64,000 nt of DNA from Octopus sinensis (Eukaryota). Shown piece after piece: positions 54,901 to 63,820 of this stretch (its first letter is position 1; each line of letters opens with the position of its first letter). Under the pieces are notes generated by a model, which saw only the letters and a program-made list of their open reading frames with translations, was not told the origin of the DNA and made no database searches. Both the position numbers and the translations under genes were made by a program. The stretch lies in NCBI RefSeq assembly GCF_006345805.1, contig NC_043004.1, positions 93,620,001-93,684,000 of the forward strand. The letters run 5' to 3'.

Positions 54901-56024
54901 GGCAAAGTCAACAGACAAAATACTACATTGATCTATCCCAAACATTACATACACACATTCAACACTGTATATCATAATCACTATTAAAGTACTTAATACA
55001 GAAACAGCAGAGCTTTCTTTATTACGAGGAAGACTTTAGACTTACAAAGCAATTTGATGTGTGTACACATGCACACAGATGCAAACATGTGCACACATGC
55101 ACATACATGCATGCAAAAGCAACATGTGCACGTGCACACACACACACGCTTTAGGGTCTCACACATTGTCCATCTACAAAATTTCTTTCACAAGGCCATA
55201 ATAGATAACAATTACCCAAAATATCATACAATGGGATTGGCCTCAAGGCCATGCGGGCAAAAAGTGAATCTCCTAACGGCACAGCTACACTTCCTTTTAC
55301 ATACAGATTCATAGTGTTTAGATTTTTAGACAAACCACCTTCAGTTTTGATTGGGCAATCTTTGCAAAAGACAGAGATGACTTAATACTGAAGAATAATA
55401 ATCCATAAGGCTGAGTTAAACAATCACAAAAAGCTTACATCATTGATCATGGTAAAACTTTAAGGTAAGTTAACACACTAGACATCATCATTACATCCTT
55501 TTTTTATTGAGTATGTTGTAATGAGAAATAGAAGATAAGATATCGGTTTATAACCAGCACTGTCTGATGTTTGCTTGGGTGCTTTTAACTGACTTCACTC
55601 TATTACAAGCAAGGGACAAGAGCCCATCATTGCCTCTACACACTTTCCATGCAAACATTGACCAACATTAACCACACTGATTGGCTAGACATCAATCACA
55701 TCAATCTCATCAGTCTAGTAAAGCTGGCAAAAGGTCATGGGTACTGCTTTTCCTTTCCTGATAAACAGAAAAAAAGACAACTGTAATCCCAATTTTAAAC
55801 TACACCTATCTTACTAATCTCAGAGAACTTATGGTTGACACAGAAGTGCTCCCTTCTTATTTATTAAACTATATAGAAAATTAAGTCTATGTTATAATAT
55901 CGCATAAACATTCAACTGCTGTTGAATACTGAAATGTTCATGCATTTAGACTTCAATATATGTATATATATATGTATATACACACACATAATTGCTATAT
56001 GTATATATATATTTATATATATAT

Positions 56025-56076
<52 letters not shown>

Positions 56077-56725
56077 TGGGTGGGGTGAGAGGATGTATAT
56101 GCCTGCTCAAATTGGTATACCACTTTGTACAAATTGGTATACAACTGCGTATGATACAGAAGGAAAATCTATAATTAGTCAATAATATTCACACAATCTT
56201 TACCCCTGATGAACACAAGATATCTATACATGTAGACATCCACATCATTCTGCTGTCTACCTATACGCACACAGGAGTTGAGAGAATGAAAATGATGAAA
56301 TGATGTATGTTTGTGTGTGTGTATATATATATCTCTATATATATAAATGGCAAAATGTCTGCGTGTGTGTCCTTTATACAAATCCACAATTTTTCAGTTA
56401 GAGTGCTCGCACTTTCTATGGTCATTTAAAACCGTCACAGGGTGGTCGTGTACATTTTTATACTTCCCCACTCACCTAGCAAAGCCATTAAAAATCAATA
56501 GAAGTGACTTTTTTTGTGAATTTTCTATCTAAAACCCAATCAAAATGCCCGAAACTTGATACGCCAATTGAATGCCAGCTAGCTGTATGTGATTGGTCGG
56601 AGATTTGGACAGTATTTGCATGTATGTGCACATGCAGCTGTATATGCATGCACTATGACCCGGCAAAAAATTCATAGCTTATTCCTCATCAGTCATTGCC
56701 CAAAAGATCATTACAATTTTGTGCC

Positions 56726-56759
<34 letters not shown>

Positions 56760-58765
56760 GTAATAATAATAATAATGATAATAATCTAAGGATGGAATTT
56801 ATACCAGTACAGTTTGGTACAATCCCATAAACTTGTTGCAAGCTGGGTTTACTAGGCTGTAGCTGATATAATGACATAAGAGGTTTTATGTGCGTACTCA
56901 AAAACATTTTCCGTAAATGAACTTAAAGGATACACACATACATACATATGAAAAACAGAGTGTATAAGAATGAAGGAGAAAATACAAGATTATACACACA
57001 CATACACACACACACAGAGGTGCAAATTACCTCATTTTTTTTAATGTTATTGAGAATAGGAAAACAAAATTTACAACACCATATGTTGGTTGCATGTGTA
57101 ATGAGACATAACGACTGTGATAATGTCATGTAAATGTAAGGTATTATTAGATATTTCTTGCAATTCAATATTTATCAACACTTCTGCTTCAGTAACAAAA
57201 TTTCTATTTATGGTCTTTAACTTGATATCTAGTTAGGGTGAAGATTTTTCAAGCCAAGTGCAATTTATTCACTGATACTCTTTACCAAACCAAGCTCTAA
57301 ACACCTCCTGTGTCTGTAAGACAGTATTAGAAAACAAAACATATTTCAATGCTGATAATGAATCAACTGCTAAGATTTCAATGTAAATAATATTTTTATG
57401 TTATAAGCATTAATCTGAAGCAGAAGAAAGTAATAGGCACATTGCCAGGAATTGAACCGTGTGATCTGCTGCGTGCCAGACAACCAAAGTTGTTGATTAC
57501 AAACACACTGTTGTATAACTGATAATGCAGTCATCATGGTAAGTGATATGTACTTCATGTCTACACAGTCGATCTCTCTTTCCAGTCTAAGACTGGTACC
57601 TATAACACTTTATCACGCTTAATTACATCTTTAATTACAGTCACAGATAGAAGGATTTTAATATTCTAAACCCTTTTATTTACACCCAAACTTGAATGGT
57701 TTCATATAAAATAAAAATAGTGAAGGGTGCTAAACTGTGTTTATTACACACTTTTAAAACATATTAGTCAACGGTGACAACTAATTAGTTAACCCACAAT
57801 ACAGACACATTTTTCAGTCAAACTCAAAGTAAAGGAATATTTGGGTTCTCATTATGATGCCCTCTTTCACAGGCACAAAGTCAAAAATTTTGCAGAGGAA
57901 CAGTCACTTATAAAATTATATTGCACTCAATACTTGATTGGTACTTTATTTTAATAATCAAAGAAAGATGAAAGGCCAAGTCAACCTTAAGGGACATGAA
58001 CAAAAAAATATAAAGACATGTAACTAAATACTCGCAAAGCATTAGTCCACCATTCTGTCTATTCCACTCATCTGTTATCCAAGTTCTTATAATGATAGTA
58101 ACGATGGTTGTACTTGTAGTGGTGTTGGTGATGAAGTGTTGGAGACAGTGGATGTGGTTGTGGTGGTAGTGGTCAGAGTGTTGGTGAAAAGAAAAGAATG
58201 GCAAAGCAACTCTGTCAATCTCTCATGCTTAGCAACTGAAAGTCCAGGTGGTGCTTGTGTAACACAATATATCTGGTAGCTTTGCAAGTGTGCACTTTTG
58301 CAGGAGAACTGCTCCTGGGGGGGCGGGGGTTGATACTTACAATAGTCGAAGAGTATTTGACTTACTCCAGCTACAGAAGAAAGTATTAGACACATTTCAA
58401 ATAATAACAATAATAATACTTCACAACATTTAGAATGATTTCTAACATAAAACAAAAATAAAAATAATGAAAACAATATTTAATAATTTGTAACATAAGC
58501 AAAAGGGACGCAAATTATAGAAGAGGAGGTGAACAGACACTTAAATCAACTCCAAAACTTGGTTGGAACTTATTTTATCAAGCCTGAAATGATAAAAGGC
58601 AAAGTTAACCTAAGAGGATTTCGACTCAAAATGTAAAGGAACATAACTGGATACGACAAAGGATTTTAGCCAATTCCTCTACTTCTGCTAACAAGAACAA
58701 TGACAACGGCGGTGCATCAGCATGGCCGCAGCTCTGAGCTGAAACTAGAAAGTAAAAAAAAAATG

Positions 58766-58806
<41 letters not shown>

Positions 58807-60273
58807 TTGTGTGTCTGTGTTTGTCTCCCTAGCATTGCTTGACAACCGATGCTGGTGTGTTTACGTCCCCATCACTTAGCGGTTCGGCAAAAGAGACCGA
58901 TAGAATAAGTACTGGGCTTACAAAGAATAAGTGCCGGGGTCGATTTGCTCGACTAAAGGCGGTGCTCCAGCATGGCCGCAGTCAAACGACTGAAACGAGT
59001 AAAAGAGTAAAGAGAGAGTATATATATACACACACACACATACCAACAGGTACAGACATACATATTACATATATAACTAAAAATTCAAGCAAATAAATAC
59101 ACTACCAACGTAAACTTCATACCAATTCTAGGCAAAAACAGAGAGAGTTAAACATAAATTAAGAAGAAAGCTACTGACTGAGACATCCAGAGAAAAGATA
59201 TAATCAAACAACAAAGTAGAGTAAGAAAAACAAAACAGTGGGAATAATTTCAAACGCTGAGAAATGAAATCAGTAACATACTGTAAAAGTATATAATATA
59301 GGCGCAGGAGTGGCTGTGTGGTAAGTAGCTTGTTTACCAACCACATGGTTCCGGTTTCAGTCCCACTGCGTGGCACCTTAGGCAAGTGTCTTCTACTATA
59401 GCCTCGGGCCAACCACAGCCTTGTGAGTGGGTTTGGTAGGCGGAAACTGAAAGAAGCCCGTCGTATATATGTATATATATGCGTGTGTGTGTTTGTGTGT
59501 TTGTTCCCCTAGCATTGCTTGACAACTGATGCTGGTGTGTTTATGTCCCCGTCACTTAGCGGTTCGGCAAAAGAGACCGATAGAATAAGTACTGGGCTTA
59601 CAAAAAAAGAATAAGTCCCGGGGTCGAGTTGCTCGATTAAAGGCGGTGCTCCGGCATGGCCGCAGTCAAATGACTGAAACAAGTAAAAGAGTAAAAGAAT
59701 ACAGAAACAACAAAATGAAGAGAGATATCTATGCTAAAGAGAAAATAGAAAGATGGTCTTTCTTACCTAGGCTGGCAGTTCGGGACATCTCTGGCTCAGA
59801 TTTTTCTGATGACATTGATGAATCTCGCTCCAGACTGCCAGCACCACTAATGACGTTCATGAGATAGATGGCGGTCCAGGCGAAAGGCATTCTATATTTA
59901 CCAAGTCTTTCGCAGAATTGTACAGCGTTGCTTTTGTGTTTCTCTTCTCGAATCTGAAATATTTACCAAACACATACAAGGCAATCAGACAAACTCAATC
60001 AAAAGAAATCTATCAGTAATTTCTAGCATTCACAATTCCCATAGGGATAGAAATGACTCAATTCCTACAAAATTTATGAACCAACATGATCAAGAGAATA
60101 TTTACACAGGCGCAGGAGTGGCTGTGTGGTAAGTAGCTTGCTTACCAACCACATGGTTCCGGGTTCAGTCCCACTGCGTGGCATCTTGGGCAAGTGTCTT
60201 CTACTATAGCCCCGGGCCGACCAATGCCTTGTGAGTGGATTTGGTAGACGGAAACTGAAAGAAGCCTGTCGTA

Positions 60274-60316
<43 letters not shown>

Positions 60317-63300
60317 TTGTCCTCCTAGCATTGCTTGACAACCGATGCTGGTGTGTTTACGTCCCCGTCACTTAGCGGTTCGGCAAAAGAGACCGATACG
60401 AATAAGCACTGGGCTTACAAAGAATAAGTCCCGGGGTCGATTTTCTCGACTAAAGGTGGTGCTCCAGCATGGCCACAGTCAAATGACTGAGACAAGTAAA
60501 AGTGTAAAGAGATTCCTAACTACTCTGTTAGTTGTTTTTGTAATTACATTCATTAGTGGTCAGAAATTACTATGAATTTCAGTAATTATTAGTAAATTCC
60601 CCAATGTATTTGTATTTTAAACTTTGTGTAAAAGAAGAAATGGTCAGCTTTATGATAATCCATCTGTCTCTCTCTCTGATAAGAGTTCAAATCCTACTAG
60701 GGTTGCCTTTTTATTCTCATCTTTTCAAAAGTTTAGGAAGGCCTGCAAAGGTCATAAGTATTGCTTCTCCTCTCTAGACTAATTTCTGAAAAAATATTTT
60801 AAAATAGATGCAAGAGTGGCAGTATGGTAAGAAGTTTGCTTCTCAACCACATGGTTCTGGGTTCAGTTCTACTGCATGGCACCTTAGGTGAGTGTTTTCA
60901 ATTATAGCCCGAGGTTGACCAATGCCTTGTGAGTGGATTTGGTAGGTGGAAACTGAAAGAAGCCCACTGTATGAATATATATATATATAAAACTATGAAT
61001 GCATGTATCTATGTATGTATGTGCATTTGTTTGTGTTTGTGTCTCTCCCACCACCACCTCCACTTAACAACTTGTGTTGGTTTGTTTATGTCCCAGTAAC
61101 TAAGCAGTTTGGCATAAGAGACCAAAGAATAAATACCAGTCGAAACAAAAAAAAAAACCTAAATGTACTGGGGTTGATTTATTCAACTAAAACATCTCAC
61201 TGCAGTGTCCCAGTATGGCTGTAATCCAATGATTGAAACAAAACTAAAGATAAATATATTTCAGAGGTTGCAGGAGTGGCTGTGTGGTAAGTAGCTTGCT
61301 AACCAACCACATGGTTCCGGGTTCAGTCCCACTGCGTGGCATCTTGGGCAAGTGTCTTCTGCTATAGCCTTGGGCCGACCAATGCCTTGTGAGTGGATTT
61401 GGTAGATGGAAACTGAAAGAAGCCTGTCGTATATATGTATATGTATATATATGTGTGTGTGTGTGTGTGTGTCTGTGTTTGTCCCCCTAGCATTTTTTGA
61501 CAACTGATGCTGGTGTGTTTACGTCTCCGTCACTTAGCGGTTCGGCAAAAAGAGACCGATAGAATAAGTACTGGGCTTACAAAGAATAAGTCCCGGGGTC
61601 GATTTGCTCGACTAAAGGCGGTGCTCCAGCATGGCCGCAGTCAAATGACTGAAACAAGTAAAAGAGTAAAAGAGTAGGTCAAATATCTATAATTAAGAGT
61701 CATTTTGAGATCATAAAATTCTTACTTTATCTTCTTTCATGTAGGGTTCAACACATTCATTGATTTCGCCTTGCTGTAATACTTTTTCAAGCTGAAGAAG
61801 AAAGAGAGAAATATGTAAAAAGAATATAATTTTATTTTAAAAATTAAATGAAGTGATGGTCAGCAGCTGAAGAAGTTGATGTTTTAACTCTGTTAAACAC
61901 CAACTTCACCAACTGCGAACTATCACATCTACTGATGTAAATCTATGAACAAATCTATTCCAGCCATGACCATCCTGTTGATGTAAGGCTACATTATCTA
62001 ATATGTCTTTTCTTATTTAGTAAAGTAGAATGTGATTTGAAGAAGATTTGGTAGCTACTTCTAGCAGGTCAAATGATTATAGCGAAGTTCCCTTGTTAAC
62101 TGAAGAATTCTTAAGGTGAGGCTGCTAGGACTTATGTTGTATTTCTGAAGTATTAAAAAAATGAAACAACAAAAGAAGAGAGTGTTATTCTATAGACATC
62201 TCTTCATAATACTAAAAGTGGTTTATAACTCAGGCACAAGCTCATAGTGAAATAGGAACACAGAACACAAAAGACAAAATGTAATGAAGTACTGGAAAAG
62301 ATTTTGTCCAGTGCTCTATCAATCTTGCCATATGTTAGCCTATCATCATCATCATCGTTTAACGTGTTTTCCATGCTAGCATGGGTTGGATGGTTCGACC
62401 GGGATCTGGGAAGCCAGAAGGCTGCATCAGGCTCCAGTCTGATCTGGCAGTGTTTCTACAGCTGGATGCCCTTCCTAATGCCAACCACTCTGTGAGTGTA
62501 GTGGGTGTTTTTTACGTGCCAGGCAAGGCTAGCAATGGCCACGATTGGATTGGTGCTTTTTACGTGCCATCGGCACAGAAGCCAGTCAAGGCAGTGCTGG
62601 CATCGGCCACGTTCGGATGGTGCTTTTTACATGCTACTGGCATGGAAAAAACAATGTGTTACGCTTACTGCACCTAGGTTTCCCAAGCGGTCACCCATCT
62701 AAGTACTGACTAGGCTCAAAGTTGCATAACTTCCGTGATCAGACGAGAACCAGTGCTTTCAACGTGATATGGCTGTAAGCTAATGTATAATATTAATAAA
62801 ACAAGCCTGAGTGTTATACTTTGTACAACCTCAACTATGGAACAAAAAGACAGTAACAATATCTTTAACACAATGAAATAAATTTGTATACGATGAAATA
62901 TGCTCAATATTTCTGCACGACTTTCCCAAATCCTCAATTTGTGAATATGGTGTACAGAATTTTTATATTGCTTTCTCAGATGTCTCTGATTATTTCATAT
63001 GCATACTCCATTAAGTAAATAAGCTACTGTAATGTTTTTGAATTTAAAAATATCTAATTTTATTAAAATTTATCTTCCGCATTATTAATAAAAACTTGAA
63101 GGCAGCAAGCTGGCAGAATCAAAAACACGTTGAGTAAAATGTTTAGTAACATTTCCACTGTCTTTATATATGTGTATATAAAAGGGGGAAAGACCATTAC
63201 ACACTTTACTCTAGAAATCATCATCATCGTTTAGCGTCCGCTTTCCATGCTAGCATGGGTTGGACGGTTCAACTGGGGTCTGGGAAGCCAGAAGGCTGCA

Positions 63301-63820
63301 CCAAGCCCAGTCTGATCTGGCAATGTTTCTACGGCTGGATGCCCTTCCTAACGCCAACCACTCCGTGAGTGTAGTGGGTGCTTTTTACGTGCCAGACGAG
63401 TCTGGCAAATGGCCACGATCAGATGGTGCTTTTACGTGCCACCGGCACAGGGGCCAAGCGAGGCTGGCAACGGCTATGAACGGATGGTGCTTTTTACATG
63501 CCACCGGCACGAGGCCAGTTGGGGCGGCGCTGGCAACGGCCACGTTCGGATGGTTCTCTTAGGTGCCACTGGCACTGATATTACTGCTGCAATTTCCATT
63601 GATGCTGATCGAATAATCTCTGATAAAATTGAAAAAAAAATAAAACACATAAACTCAAAATGTGACATACCCGAACCACAAGGAAAACATCAGGGGAAGG
63701 GTATGTAAGACTGAATATAGCACTCTGGCTTCGTGTTGACCGGTCTTTGTGGGGTACATGCATGTTTATCATTCGGTTATTGGACTCTGTGTTCATATCG
63801 AAGTAGAAGTTTTCAGATAT
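18904..63820 (-). CDS. DOCK7: DOCK7-like (DOCK-C family) Rac/Cdc42 GEF, partial gene: 21 traced coding exons, 1050 codons; start codon and DHR-2 domain lie outside the window
   Basis: All exons have AG/GT borders and join in compatible phases with no stop. Translated motifs match DOCK6/7/8 as I recall them: [103 protein letters not shown]. Confidence 0.95.
19271..20431 (-). mobile_element. Decayed mariner (Tc1/mariner) transposon, about 1.16 kb, frameshifted transposase
   Basis: ORFs 19527..20003 and 19340..19630 carry the WVPHKL and [12 protein letters not shown] motifs; inverted termini AGGTCATTAAGAATG(A/G)AAT at both ends; TA at 20432-33. Confidence 0.9.
20800..21109 (-). CDS. DOCK7: DOCK7-like exon 20 ([16 protein letters not shown]...LYLPLIGI...[10 protein letters not shown]...ETEVK)
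   Basis: TCTTGCAG acceptor, GTAGGT donor, 310 nt, phase 2-0; an alternative in-frame donor (GTAAAA) would end the exon at 20806. Confidence 0.92.
21551..21830. repeat. Tandem duplication of a ~110-bp block, 170-bp period, between (TA)n arrays
   Basis: 21551-21660 and 21721-21830 read identically. Confidence 0.9.
22696..23078 (-). mobile_element. tRNA-derived SINE (family B)
   Basis: Close match to 17339-17723. Confidence 0.88.
23250..23469. mobile_element. piggyBac-like MITE (family 2), 15 nt into the intron after exon 19
   Basis: TTAA|CCCTTT...AAAGGG|TTAA; opposite orientation to 9642-9851. Confidence 0.8.
23485..23792 (-). CDS. DOCK7: DOCK7-like exon 19 (ISSQI...[21 protein letters not shown]...[12 protein letters not shown]...ALDT)
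   Basis: ATTTTCAG acceptor, GTGAGT donor, 308 nt, phase 0-2. Confidence 0.95.
24264..24438. repeat. Near-perfect palindrome, 87-bp arms with a 1-nt spacer
   Basis: 24264-24350 is the reverse complement of 24352-24438 except at two adjacent positions. Confidence 0.95.
25483..25962 (+). mobile_element. Solo LTR, probably Ty3/gypsy type
   Basis: TGTA...TACA termini with 4-bp direct flanks CATC (25479-82 and 25963-66), 480 bp, three ~29-bp tandem units near the left end, AATAAA at 25829-34; orientation inferred. Confidence 0.65.
26245..26358 (-). CDS. DOCK7: DOCK7-like exon 18 ([38 protein letters not shown])
   Basis: ATTTTCAG acceptor, GTGAGT donor, 114 nt, phase 0-0. Confidence 0.94.
28498..28833 (+). 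mobile_element. RTE-like 3' UTR repeat (family C); further copies at about 22333-22520(+), 31824-32103(-), 43180-43527(+), 44680-44890(-), 47474-47745(+), 52200-52351(-), 62341-62644(-), 63218-63600(-)
   Basis: Shared block CACCCACTACACTCACGGAGTGGTTGGCGTTAGGAAGGGCATCCAGC...CCATGCTAGCATGG...(GAT)n with variable 5' truncation. Confidence 0.85.
29003..29143 (-). CDS. DOCK7: DOCK7-like exon 17 (VKGMAEHL...[10 protein letters not shown]...IVLRFMK)
   Basis: GCTACAG acceptor, GTATGT donor, 141 nt, phase 0-0. Confidence 0.93.
29392..29613. mobile_element. piggyBac-like MITE (family 1), left end degraded
   Basis: Right end AAAGGG|TTAA; internal similarity to 7726-7945. Confidence 0.7.
29723..29818 (-). 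CDS. DOCK7: DOCK7-like exon 16 ([32 protein letters not shown])
   Basis: TTTCACAG acceptor, GTACGT donor, 96 nt, phase 0-0. Confidence 0.94.
30295..30383 (-). CDS. DOCK7: DOCK7-like exon 15 ([29 protein letters not shown])
   Basis: Long pyrimidine tract ending CTAG, GTAAGT donor, 89 nt, phase 1-0; needed to restore frame before the LVHEEL exon. Confidence 0.88.
30809..30967 (-). CDS. DOCK7: DOCK7-like exon 14 (...[11 protein letters not shown]...[24 protein letters not shown])
   Basis: CCTTTAG acceptor, GTAAGT donor, 159 nt, phase 1-1; resembles the SNSNPDISGTPTSPDDEV region of DOCK7. Confidence 0.88.
32750..32905 (-). CDS. DOCK7: DOCK7-like exon 13 ([11 protein letters not shown]...[15 protein letters not shown]...PHPDINA)
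   Basis: CTTTTCAG acceptor, GTTAGA donor, 156 nt, phase 1-1. Confidence 0.92.
33110..33515 (+). mobile_element. RTE-clade LINE 3' fragment
   Basis: [32 protein letters not shown]...YFGHIMR...[10 protein letters not shown]; shorter copy at about 50892-51185. Confidence 0.9.
34446..35330 (-). mobile_element. SINE family A copy interrupted by a CR1-like LINE fragment
   Basis: SINE halves at about 34446-34668 and 35161-35330, split inside the SINE's internal microsatellite. Confidence 0.85.
34669..35160 (+). mobile_element. CR1/L2-like LINE 3' fragment
   Basis: VWNPYL...[11 protein letters not shown]...YSERL...TRGHAYK...FF.LRV.EAWNKLP; (ATT)n tail; second copy at about 46044-46455. Confidence 0.85.
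35440..35656 (-). CDS. DOCK7: DOCK7-like exon 12 (DENLNHF...[20 protein letters not shown])
   Basis: TCTTTCAG acceptor, GTGAGT donor, 217 nt, phase 0-1. Confidence 0.94.
35750..35969. mobile_element. piggyBac-like MITE (family 1)
   Basis: TTAA|CCCTTTAG...CTAAAGGG|TTAA, 220 bp. Confidence 0.8.
37005..37873. mobile_element. hAT (Charlie-like) MITE with a nested LINE fragment
   Basis: Termini CAGTGGTTCTCAACC / GGTTGAGAATCTCTG; exact 8-bp target duplication GTCTAAAC at 36997-37004 and 37874-37881. Confidence 0.85.
37112..37655 (+). mobile_element. 5'-truncated RTE-like LINE: ORF C-terminus plus long 3' UTR and (GAT)n tail
   Basis: Frame reads [23 protein letters not shown]...stop, then tandem GGCACGTAAAAAGCACC units, the AGGAAGGGCATCCAGC block and a GAT tail. 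Confidence 0.7.
38093..38173 (-). CDS. DOCK7: DOCK7-like exon 11, end of DHR-1 ([27 protein letters not shown])
   Basis: TATTTCAG acceptor, GTATGT donor, 81 nt, phase 0-0; a second in-frame AG lies 6 nt into the exon. Confidence 0.92.
38280..38563 (-). mobile_element. Decayed RTE-like LINE 3' fragment
   Basis: [27 protein letters not shown] resembles an RTE ORF C-terminus. Confidence 0.65.
39238..39473 (-). mobile_element. tRNA-derived SINE (family D); diverged copy at about 430-645
   Basis: Head GGCGACGAGCTGGCAGAATC...GAGTTCAAACTC, body GTCAACTTTACCTTTCATCTTTTCGGGGTCGATAAATTAAGTACCAG. Confidence 0.75.
39753..39973. mobile_element. piggyBac-like MITE (family 1) inserted into a SINE remnant
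   Basis: TTAA|CCCTTT...AAAGGG|TTAA; SINE-like sequence on both sides. Confidence 0.8.
40207..40305 (-). CDS. DOCK7: DOCK7-like exon 10, DHR-1 ([33 protein letters not shown])
   Basis: TTATTGTAG acceptor, GTAAGT donor, 99 nt, phase 0-0. Confidence 0.93.
40482..40912 (+). mobile_element. tRNA-derived SINE (family A) with internal TA/TG microsatellite
   Basis: Head GGCGCAGGAGTGGCTGTGTGGTAAG...GGGTTCAGTCCC, tail GTAAAAGAG repeats; many similar copies in the window. Confidence 0.88.
41318..41619. mobile_element. TA-flanked MITE with ~85-bp terminal inverted repeats (Tc1/mariner-type)
   Basis: TA|CATAATTTACAAGATAAGGGCAG...CTGCCCTTATCTTGTAAATTATG|TA; arms about 41318-41402 and 41535-41619. Confidence 0.85.
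41843..41987 (-). CDS. DOCK7: DOCK7-like exon 9, DHR-1 ([13 protein letters not shown]...[13 protein letters not shown]...PIGYT)
   Basis: ATTTCAG acceptor, GTAAGG donor, 145 nt, phase 2-0. Confidence 0.95.
42166..42554 (+). mobile_element. SINE family A copy
   Basis: Close match to 40482-40912. Confidence 0.85.
43633..43703 (-). CDS. DOCK7: DOCK7-like exon 8, DHR-1 ([23 protein letters not shown])
   Basis: CTTCCCAG acceptor, GTTAGT donor, 71 nt, phase 0-2. Confidence 0.93.
43776..44177 (-). mobile_element. Non-autonomous Helitron
   Basis: On the minus strand it starts TC, ends CTAG, has a subterminal GC hairpin CCCGAGCAACGCCGGG, and sits between A and T with no target duplication. Confidence 0.8.
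45307..45424 (-). CDS. DOCK7: DOCK7-like exon 7, start of DHR-1 ([29 protein letters not shown]...)
   Basis: TTTGCAG acceptor, GTGAGT donor, 118 nt, phase 2-0. Confidence 0.94.
45762..46455. mobile_element. Back-to-back LINE fragments: RTE-like (minus, about 45762-46043) joined to CR1-like (plus, about 46044-46455)
   Basis: [11 protein letters not shown]...WRSMV with a GAT tail on the minus strand; [14 protein letters not shown] with an ATT tail on the plus strand. Confidence 0.75.
46600..47028. mobile_element. Possible second solo LTR
   Basis: TGTACG...CATACA termini, flanks TATT/CATT (one mismatch), higher GC than the surroundings. Confidence 0.3.
47157..47328 (-). CDS. DOCK7: DOCK7-like exon 6 (GTLKFD...TPEL...[15 protein letters not shown])
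   Basis: ATTTCAG acceptor, GTAAGT donor, 172 nt, phase 1-2. Confidence 0.92.
48459..48552 (-). CDS. DOCK7: DOCK7-like exon 5 ([31 protein letters not shown])
   Basis: ATTTTAG acceptor, GTAAGT donor, 94 nt, phase 0-1. Confidence 0.94.
48955..49510 (-). mobile_element. RTE-clade LINE 3' fragment with a C-terminal zinc-finger remnant
   Basis: [25 protein letters not shown]...[11 protein letters not shown]...[10 protein letters not shown] then an in-frame stop. Confidence 0.88.
50471..50670 (-). CDS. DOCK7: DOCK7-like exon 4 (DRRSAAH...[14 protein letters not shown])
   Basis: TTCTGCAG acceptor, GTAAGG donor, 200 nt, phase 1-0; within ORF 50405..50776. Confidence 0.92.
50892..51185 (+). mobile_element. 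RTE-clade LINE 3' fragment
   Basis: Close match to the 3' part of 33110-33515. Confidence 0.88.
52714..53112 (+). mobile_element. SINE family A copy
   Basis: Close match to 40482-40912. Confidence 0.85.
56332..56700 (+). mobile_element. Possible 5' fragment of a second Helitron family
   Basis: Begins A|TCTCTATATATATAAATGGCAAAATGTCTGCGTGTGTG, similar in layout to the 5' end of the other Helitrons here; no 3' CTAG or hairpin seen; right boundary uncertain. Confidence 0.3.
58341..58370 (-). CDS. Candidate 30-nt cassette exon, phase 1-1 ([10 protein letters not shown])
   Basis: CTAATACTTTCTTCTGTAG|CTGGAG...GACTATT|GTAAGT; keeps frame between exons 3 and 4. Confidence 0.55.
58765..61676 (+). 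mobile_element. Cluster of five SINE family A copies (about 58765-59018 partial, 59301-59699, 60109-60512, 60810-61255 diverged, 61266-61676) around exon 3
   Basis: Each aligns by eye with 40482-40912; all on the + strand. Confidence 0.85.
59767..59953 (-). CDS. DOCK7: DOCK7-like exon 3 (IREEKHK...[16 protein letters not shown]...RTASL)
   Basis: ATTTCAG acceptor, GTAAGA donor, 187 nt, phase 0-1. Confidence 0.93.
61726..61791 (-). CDS. DOCK7: DOCK7-like exon 2 ([22 protein letters not shown])
   Basis: CTTCAG acceptor, GTAAGA donor, 66 nt, phase 0-0; absent from the ORF track. Confidence 0.93.
62663..62780 (-). rRNA. Full-length 5S rRNA copy, probably a dispersed pseudogene
   Basis: Minus strand reads GCTTACAGCCATATCACGTTGAAAGCACTGGTTCTCGTCTGATCACGGAAGTT...AGTACTTAGATGGGTGACCGCTTGGGAAACCTAGGTGCAGTAAGC, a recognisable metazoan 5S with paired ends (GCTTAC/GTAAGC). 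A T6 run follows about 12 nt downstream. Several changes look like CpG decay. Confidence 0.88.
63671..63820 (-). CDS. DOCK7: DOCK7-like exon 1 in window (ISENFYFD...[10 protein letters not shown])
   Basis: TTTTGCAG acceptor, GTATGT donor, 150 nt, phase 0-0. Confidence 0.93.

Noticed and set aside
58087-58476. 129-aa ORF with Thr and Pro runs
   Set aside because: Low complexity; only the 30-nt splice-bounded part at 58341-58370 has support.
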